64,000 nt of DNA, taken from positions 736,001 through 800,000 of the forward strand of contig CAWHDT010000005.1 in the NCBI GenBank assembly GCA_963828195.1, given 5' to 3'. This DNA comes from Candidatus Bathyarchaeota archaeon (GTDB lineage: Archaea > Thermoproteota > Bathyarchaeia > Bathyarchaeales > Bathycorpusculaceae). Both the position numbers and the translations under genes were made by a program. Below the pieces are notes generated by a model, which saw only the letters and a list, made by a program, of their open reading frames with translations, made no database searches and was not told the DNA's origin. Positions 57,900 through 64,000 of this stretch are shown here, piece by piece. Each line of letters begins with the position of its first letter. The stretch's first letter is position 1.

Positions 57900-58568
57900 T
57901 TATGAAACTGTTGCATTATTTGGGTAGCCTCTGCTTTCCCAATAGCCCAAGTAGCTTGTGTCGTTTGACACCTCGATTTCTGTTATCCACTTAATCCATT
58001 TGTATCCATATTGACCTTGGGCAACAAGCATGAAAGGCCACCCTAAATCGGGGGTAAGAGTAACATTGTTCATTTTGAAAGCAATCATTATGTTGTTTTG
58101 AATTATGTAGCTCATAGGAAGCGCCGTCGTGTACCCGTCAGAAGCGTGGAAAATAACCACCGTCGCGTTTGGGCTGGCTCCAGCTTCCTGCAGCAAATCG
58201 TTTACCAAAATCCCCGTCCAAAGAATGGTCGCGCTCCAGCCTTCAACGCAGTGAATGGTCACAACCTGCTGGTACACCTGGTAATTGTTCACCAACTCGT
58301 CGTAGCTGCTTTGAACCGTTTGGTTCACAAGCCCCGTGACGGTTAACCTGTAGGCCGTCTGGTTCAGGTACTGCGTCCCCTTGACTGTATTTTCATAAAC
58401 GCTGCTGATTGACGACAGATTTCGACCCTGATACTGACGGAGCTGTGTAGGATACGATATTGTGGGCGGAGATACAAAGGAGGATTCAGCGACCAACCCA
58501 ACAACTACAATAGCAATCAGTATGCACGTAGCGTAAAACAGTGACTTGTGAGCTTTTATTTTCTCCAT
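57900..58568 (-). CDS. Molybdopterin-dependent oxidoreductase (sulfite oxidase/MsrP-like), membrane-anchored
   Basis: IHCVEGWS, DGYTT, GWPF.LVA, YGYKWIKWI, GYWESRGY. Confidence 0.88.
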   Translation of the reverse strand: MEKIKAHKSLFYATCILIAIVVVGLVAESSFVSPPTISYPTQLRQYQGRNLSSISSVYENTVKGTQYLNQTAYRLTVTGLVNQTVQSSYDELVNNYQVYQQVVTIHCVEGWSATILWTGILVNDLLQEAGASPNATVVIFHASDGYTTALPMSYIIQNNIMIAFKMNNVTLTPDLGWPFMLVAQGQYGYKWIKWITEIEVSNDTSYLGYWESRGYPNNATVS

Positions 58569-58703
58569 TCTTTCTACCTGTGAAAAGAAATTAGCGCCCG
58601 CGTTTTTAGAATCCTGCGATAGAAAAGACGCTTGAAATCTACCTTTTCAATGACCAATCTTGCTTAAAATGGTTGTGCACCCGAATTCTTGTTGCATTGT
58701 CGT

Positions 58704-58937
58704 TTAGCTGTTGGAGTTAGAAAAACCAGTTAAATGAAGCTCACTTGAACACTTGTTGCAGCGAACCACCAGTTCCTCCAAGCCCTGATTATTCACTTTT
58801 GCTTCTAGAATATAGTAAGCCTCTTCTGTGCAATCGTCAGGGGAAATTGAGGTTCCGCATTCTGGACATTTGAAATCTCCGTTCTCGCCTGTTTGGGTCA
58901 AATCCATTATGTACACCGTTGTTTGCTTCACCCTCAT
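58704..58937 (-). CDS. Small zinc-ribbon protein
   Basis: GDFKCPECGTSISPDD, RCNKC. Confidence 0.65.
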   Translation of the reverse strand: MRVKQTTVYIMDLTQTGENGDFKCPECGTSISPDDCTEEAYYILEAKVNNQGLEELVVRCNKCSSELHLTGFSNSNS

Positions 58938-59411
58938 GCATCCTTTCCCTCGTTTTGGTTTTCAACCACCATTAAGAGTAAAAACTATTAATCGATTTTC
59001 CATATTTACACACAAATCTCTACCAGATTCCCTCCAGATGGCAAAAGACTCGAAAGGCAAAAAAATGGTTAACCGAATTCAGCTTACAAGTCCGCAACTT
59101 AGCTTCACCCTTAACTTAATTGAATCATTTATGGCATCTGAAGAGCCTGTGTGAAAACCTGTTATAAGTCTCGACAAATTAGCATCTTGGCTTAATTGCT
59201 CTTTTACCGCAATCAGCTGTATGTTAATTCTTGGATTGTTTGGAAGAAGAAGAAAAACGATTCTTCCAAGCTTCTTCTTTTAAAAAAAAATATAGCGCGC
59301 GCTGCAGAATTTTCGCGCTGGCCAGTAGACACAAATGTAGTTGAGAGTAGACTGAGAGAGACCGCAAACCCGACTGCTGAGGCAAAAACCAGCTAAAAAC
59401 CGACCAGCGAT

Positions 59412-60185
59412 TTACAGCATATTAAAATAAGATAAACTTTGAGAAGAGTTTGCTGAGATGCCGGTTAAAAAAGCGTTTCCAATCACCATCATGTTCTGGG
59501 AAATGTCTACGTTTTCAGCGCTTACCTTATGCGAGGTCAAGACCATATGGAAGTCGTGTCCTAAAGTGTTCGGGTACAGCGCTGTCCAAACAAGTTTTCC
59601 GTCAACATAGAAATCCACTACGTGTCCGAGGCTTAAGTAGACGGCTTTGAAGCTGTGCTGCGTCAGCTCCGACGATTTAAGCGCGAGCACTGGTTGCCAA
59701 ACGAAAAATCCAGGTATTTGCGGAGATTGAATGTAAGCGTACCATGTGTTGCCTGTTTCGGGAAGAACAAAGCCAAATTCGTCTCCCTTGTATTTTGTTG
59801 TGTCGTCGGCTGCAAAAATGGCAAATTGATCTTGCCCTGTGTTTGAGATTTATTTGATGCTGGTTGTTACTTGAGCACTTAGAACTAAGGCTCCGTCGGC
59901 TTGTATGGCGGTGTAGGATGCTATGTCTTGGTACATGTCTGTTCTGTTGCTGCCGCAAAAAATTGCCGAGTTGTCGCTCATTGAGGGCGGGGTGCCATTT
60001 GTGTTGTAAACGTTGAAAATGCCTGGGTTGTTTGCTGCCAAAACAATCCGGTTGACAACGTTTTGCACCTCAACTTGCGGAGACGCTTCTGTCGTATAAT
60101 AGCTTAGGATGGGTTGAGCTACCGCTATAAAAGCGATTGCTAAAGCTAGGGCTATTAAGAATCCCCCTCGAACTCTCCCTGACAT
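59412..60185 (-). pseudogene. Exported beta-sandwich-like protein interrupted by one in-frame TAA
   Basis: ORFs 59850-60185 and 59412-59690 share a frame; reading past TAA (59850-59852) gives ISNTGQDQFAIF...DEFGFVLP...VDFYVDGKLV with no further stop. Confidence 0.7.
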
Positions 60186-60606
60186 TGTTAGTAAGCGTTG
60201 ATTTCCGATTCAACCTATAACACTTGCGGATAAAAAGTAAAAACTCAGTTACCCAATTAGAAATGGAGCTGACAAAAAATCTTCGGGAAAAGCAAGTAAA
60301 TAAATTGCTCCCCACATCTATTTTGTTGCCTCTCCAAAAATGAGCACCCATAATGACGGACTCAACAGAGGAACGCAAGAAACACAAATCTTGCACCTAT
60401 GACGATAGAGTTTTACCCAATTATGGAACAGGGGAGGCACGGGCGAAAAAAAGTCCCACGCCGAGAGAACTTGACCAAGCTAAAAGCAACGCTCAGCTAT
60501 GCGGTTAAGTGTTAGGTTACGTGGGAGACAAACAGCCCGCAAAAAAGTTTAGAAAAAAATGATAATAAAAAAAGGTTTGGTTTTTGTTTTAACTATTTGG
60601 TTTGTT

Positions 60607-61725
60607 TTAACCCGTTGATAGATGTTGCCCGTTAAAGGTGATTGATTGGATTGTGGCTTCATCTATTTGAACTACGTTAGATGGTAGAGCTACGTATTCT
60701 AAGCTGGGTGAAAGACTTTGTCCGTCATGTATAACCCACCAGAGAAATTGAACAACTGCTGTCGCCTGAGCTTGAGTCATACCCGGCACCACATCAAGTT
60801 CCTGATAAACCAGCAAATACGTGAAACTAACTATGGGGTACGCTTGCGGCTCTTGAGCATTAAGGAGGTTGACGTTTGCCCAGCTTTGATCACCAGCAGG
60901 CAAACCGCTTGAGGCAACTGCTTCCACAGCATCCTGTATAGAACTAAGAGATGGCAAAACCCAATTCCCAGCGGGATTCTGAACTGCAGCAACGGTCATG
61001 TTGTTCTGAAGTGCATAAGCGAGTTCAACGTATCCGACCATATATGGGGTTCCTTGCACAACTGAGGCAACTCCAGGGTTCCCTTGTGCACCGATTCCTA
61101 CTGGCCACGCCACTGTTTTGCCCTGTCCAATTGAACTGTTCCATTCACTGCTTGAGGCACTTAGGTATCCAGTGAAAATAAAAGTTGTTCCTGACCCGTC
61201 AGAGCGGTGAACTATCTGTATAGGTTGAGCTGGAAGCGAAGTGTTTGCGTTCAAGCTTTGAATTTCAGGATCATTCCACATAGTCACTATGCCTTGAAAG
61301 ATGTCGGCGATGACTTTACCTGTAAGGTTCAGACCAGTTGGGACACCGGGCAGGTTGTATGCAATTGTGACTGCTCCGATGGTTTCAGGGATGTGTAGCG
61401 CGTTTGGAGCTTGCGCCATCTCTGCGGCGTTTAATGGTGCATCTGACGCGGCGAAATCTACTGTTTTACTTTCAAAATCGGTTACGCCTGTTCCGCTGCC
61501 TACACCGTCGTAATTGATTTGTACCTCTGGCTTAACCTGAGTAGTGTATTGGTTTATCATGGCTGTAAGGAGAGGTTGAGGAAAGGTTGCTCCGGCAGCA
61601 TTTAATGTTATAGTTTTTTGGGAAGAGTTTGATGGTGGCTGGCTTAAGAGGCCGCTTGCCAAGGCACTGACGATTATGACAACGGTTGCGAGAACGGCTA
61701 TACAGATTATGTATTTAGATTTCAT
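60607..61725 (-). CDS. pstS: Phosphate ABC transporter substrate-binding protein
   Basis: AGATFP, GSGTG, DFAASDAPL, HRSDGSGTT, GYVEL.YA, YPIVSFTY. Confidence 0.95.
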   Translation of the reverse strand: MKSKYIICIAVLATVVIIVSALASGLLSQPPSNSSQKTITLNAAGATFPQPLLTAMINQYTTQVKPEVQINYDGVGSGTGVTDFESKTVDFAASDAPLNAAEMAQAPNALHIPETIGAVTIAYNLPGVPTGLNLTGKVIADIFQGIVTMWNDPEIQSLNANTSLPAQPIQIVHRSDGSGTTFIFTGYLSASSSEWNSSIGQGKTVAWPVGIGAQGNPGVASVVQGTPYMVGYVELAYALQNNMTVAAVQNPAGNWVLPSLSSIQDAVEAVASSGLPAGDQSWANVNLLNAQEPQAYPIVSFTYLLVYQELDVVPGMTQAQATAVVQFLWWVIHDGQSLSPSLEYVALPSNVVQIDEATIQSITFNGQHLSTG

Positions 61726-61952
61726 TATTTTTACATCCTATAGTGAAACCTTAATACTGATGACATGTTATTCACTTGCATAAGAAACTTGTCTATATAA
61801 ACTAAATTAACTTAGTGTATTCTAACTTCATCCCGAAAATATGAATCAAAAATTTGGTTCATGAAAGCATAAACAGTTAATATTCAAATTGAATAGTCAA
61901 TTCTGAATCATTTGCTGCTATACCTCAAATATACAGTTCACAGGGATCGGAA

Positions 61953-63785
61953 ATGAAGATAAGCGTAAAAACAGTAATTGCTTTACTAGCTACAACACTG
62001 TGCTTACTGCTAATTCTTAACTTTGTCTCTGATTCGGTAATCCAAACCAATTTTTCAAATATAGAGCAAAGCCAAGTCACTCAGACAATAGCAACAACTC
62101 AGGCTGCAATAATAAACATGGTTTCTGCGTTAGATAGCGAACTTGTTACCTGGTCCCAACTTAACAGCACTTACGAATTTATGCAAAACCAAAATATCGA
62201 ATATTATCAGCAGACGTACTTAACGGCTTCTTCCCTGTCAAATCTGGGCGTAAACTTTGTGATTTTCCTAAATCAAAATGGCAATTTTGTTACCGGTGAG
62301 GGTCTAAACACAACGACGATGCAGCCGATGCAAATCCCGCAGGACATCATAACATTAATGTCAAACAACGGTTTGATTTGGAATTTAAAAAGCGTAGGCA
62401 GCGACACCAGAGGTTTTATTATGTCAGAGGAAGGGCCACTGATGTTAGCTTCAAGACCGATCCTTATGGCCAACGGAGCTGGACCAATAGCTGGACCCGC
62501 AATGGGCACTCTAATTTTCGCCACATATTACAACTCTAATGAAATCAAAAAACTAACATACGTCATGAATCTCCCAATGTCTATTGAGACCATCGGCAGC
62601 TGGGAAACAGAAAATAACATTCATAATTCAACCCTCTCAGCATCCTACATTAGACCAGTGAATCAGCAATACATCAATGGTTATGACATAATTGATGACA
62701 TAAACGGGCAACCAATATTGGCCGTTGGGGCAACGATGCCAAGAACCGTTTACGACCAAGGATTAGCCACCATAAGTTACATTGACCAAGTCCTTTTGGT
62801 TGCTGGAATAATATTTAGTGCTATTATAGTGTTGTTTTTAGAATTTTCAGTGCTCAGGCGATTAAGTAAATTGACAAACGTTGCAAGTAAACTGGGAAAG
62901 CCAGAAAATCTGTCTCAAAAGCTACCTGTTTCGGGAAACGACGAGATAACCTGGTTAACTTTATCATTCAACGGGCTGCTTCAGGAAATACAGAGGCAAA
63001 GCCTCAAGCTTCAAGAATCAGAAAGAATGTCAGCGATTGGCGAACTGGCACGGCAGGTTGGGCATGACTTGCGCAATCCCTTGACCAGCACAAAATACGC
63101 AGCGTATTATCTTAGGCAGAAAGGAGATAAGTGCAGCGATGAAGATAGAGAAAAAATGCTGAATATTATTGAGGGTGACATTAGGCGATCTGATAAAATC
63201 ATCAATGACCTTATGGAATTTTCAAGTGAAATGTGCTTGGAAGTTGAGAAGTGTTCGCCTAAATCACTTTTGAAAGGTGCCCTATCAAGGAGTCAAGTTC
63301 CCGAGAACATATCACTGAAAAATCATGCTTTAGAAACACCGACCATGTTGGCTGATGCATGCAAAATTGAGCGAGTTTTCACAATAATCATAAAAAACGC
63401 TGTGGAGGCAATGCCGAAGGGGGGAACCTTGGAAATACAGAGCACTCAGAAAGACTCTGACGTACAGATAACTTTTGCTGATACGGGCGAAGGCATCTCA
63501 CCGGAGCTTCTGCCAAAAATTTTCTCGCCGTTGCTGACTACAAAAGCACAGGGAATGGGGATTAGCTTAGCAATTTGCAAACGTATAGTAGATAATCATG
63601 GCGGCAAAATAGAGGTTGAAAGCACTGTAAGCGTGGGAACAACGTTTAAAATTACTTTGCCTATTAAACCGCAAATACATCAACAGGACCAAAGAAAGCT
63701 TATGTCTAAACCAGATCCGTTGCTTCACTACAAAAACAGCGCAGTTATAACGCTCAATGGATCAAGCAACCTTAACAATAAATAA
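61953..63785 (+). CDS. Membrane sensor histidine kinase (CHASE4-like sensor, HAMP, HisKA, HATPase)
   Basis: TM, WSQLNSTYEF, TM, GNDEI..L..SFN, GHDLRNPL, NAVEAM, DTGEGI, TTKAQGMG. Confidence 0.92.
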   Translation: MKISVKTVIALLATTLCLLLILNFVSDSVIQTNFSNIEQSQVTQTIATTQAAIINMVSALDSELVTWSQLNSTYEFMQNQNIEYYQQTYLTASSLSNLGVNFVIFLNQNGNFVTGEGLNTTTMQPMQIPQDIITLMSNNGLIWNLKSVGSDTRGFIMSEEGPLMLASRPILMANGAGPIAGPAMGTLIFATYYNSNEIKKLTYVMNLPMSIETIGSWETENNIHNSTLSASYIRPVNQQYINGYDIIDDINGQPILAVGATMPRTVYDQGLATISYIDQVLLVAGIIFSAIIVLFLEFSVLRRLSKLTNVASKLGKPENLSQKLPVSGNDEITWLTLSFNGLLQEIQRQSLKLQESERMSAIGELARQVGHDLRNPLTSTKYAAYYLRQKGDKCSDEDREKMLNIIEGDIRRSDKIINDLMEFSSEMCLEVEKCSPKSLLKGALSRSQVPENISLKNHALETPTMLADACKIERVFTIIIKNAVEAMPKGGTLEIQSTQKDSDVQITFADTGEGISPELLPKIFSPLLTTKAQGMGISLAICKRIVDNHGGKIEVESTVSVGTTFKITLPIKPQIHQQDQRKLMSKPDPLLHYKNSAVITLNGSSNLNNK

Positions 63786-64000
63786 CCAATTTTGGCTTAA
63801 GCTCATCTTTTCATTTAGACAGCTTAAGTTCTTTGACTCTCTAAATTTGCGTAGAATAATATCGAGAAGACCACGTCTTAGCTAAAAAGAAAACGGGTTT
63901 CGCAATCTCGATATCAGCGGCGTTTTTGTTATAAGCCTTTGTTTCCGATTTGGTTGTGATAAACGAAGTCTTCTATGTCCCTGCGTACCCTGAGGCTTTT

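Noticed and set aside
59850-59852. Selenocysteine or pyrrolysine readthrough
   Set aside because: The stop is TAA, not TGA or TAG.
2527-62524. Many short antisense or overlapping ORFs in the track (e.g. 7216-7644, 19501-19938, 55965-56591)
   Set aside because: They lie within well-supported genes and lack motifs or RBSs.
1-64000. CRISPR array, cas genes, rRNA, further tRNAs
   Set aside because: No regularly spaced repeats or recognisable motifs seen by eye; only one tRNA found.

Overview
Archaeal chromosomal window. TBP, aIF-6, L18a/LX, prefoldin alpha, Sec11, a Cren7-like protein and many TTG starts point to TACK, most likely Bathyarchaeia (inferred from gene style, not from a search). Most of it is housekeeping: tRNA modification, cysS, prs, rnz, Lhr, tbp, pyrE, ftsY and glycolysis/alpha-glucan genes. 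An accessory zone at about 4.3-15 kb holds toxin-antitoxin genes and a small tRNA-Arg(TCT)-anchored island remnant. That island carries DsrE/DsbA-type genes and a complete IS1182-family element with inverted repeats, a TTAT target duplication and a palindromic target. The zone also has a secreted GH5-dockerin protein and a lysine 2,3-aminomutase paired with an EctA-like, not AblB-like, acetyltransferase, which is the best candidate for an undescribed pathway variant. Other notable items are a YHS-domain alpha-glucan phosphorylase, tandem mosaic signal peptidases, several microproteins missing from the ORF track, a nonsense pseudogene and a 100-nt rod-like intergenic hairpin. No CRISPR array or rRNA was seen. 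All family calls come from motif recognition by eye.
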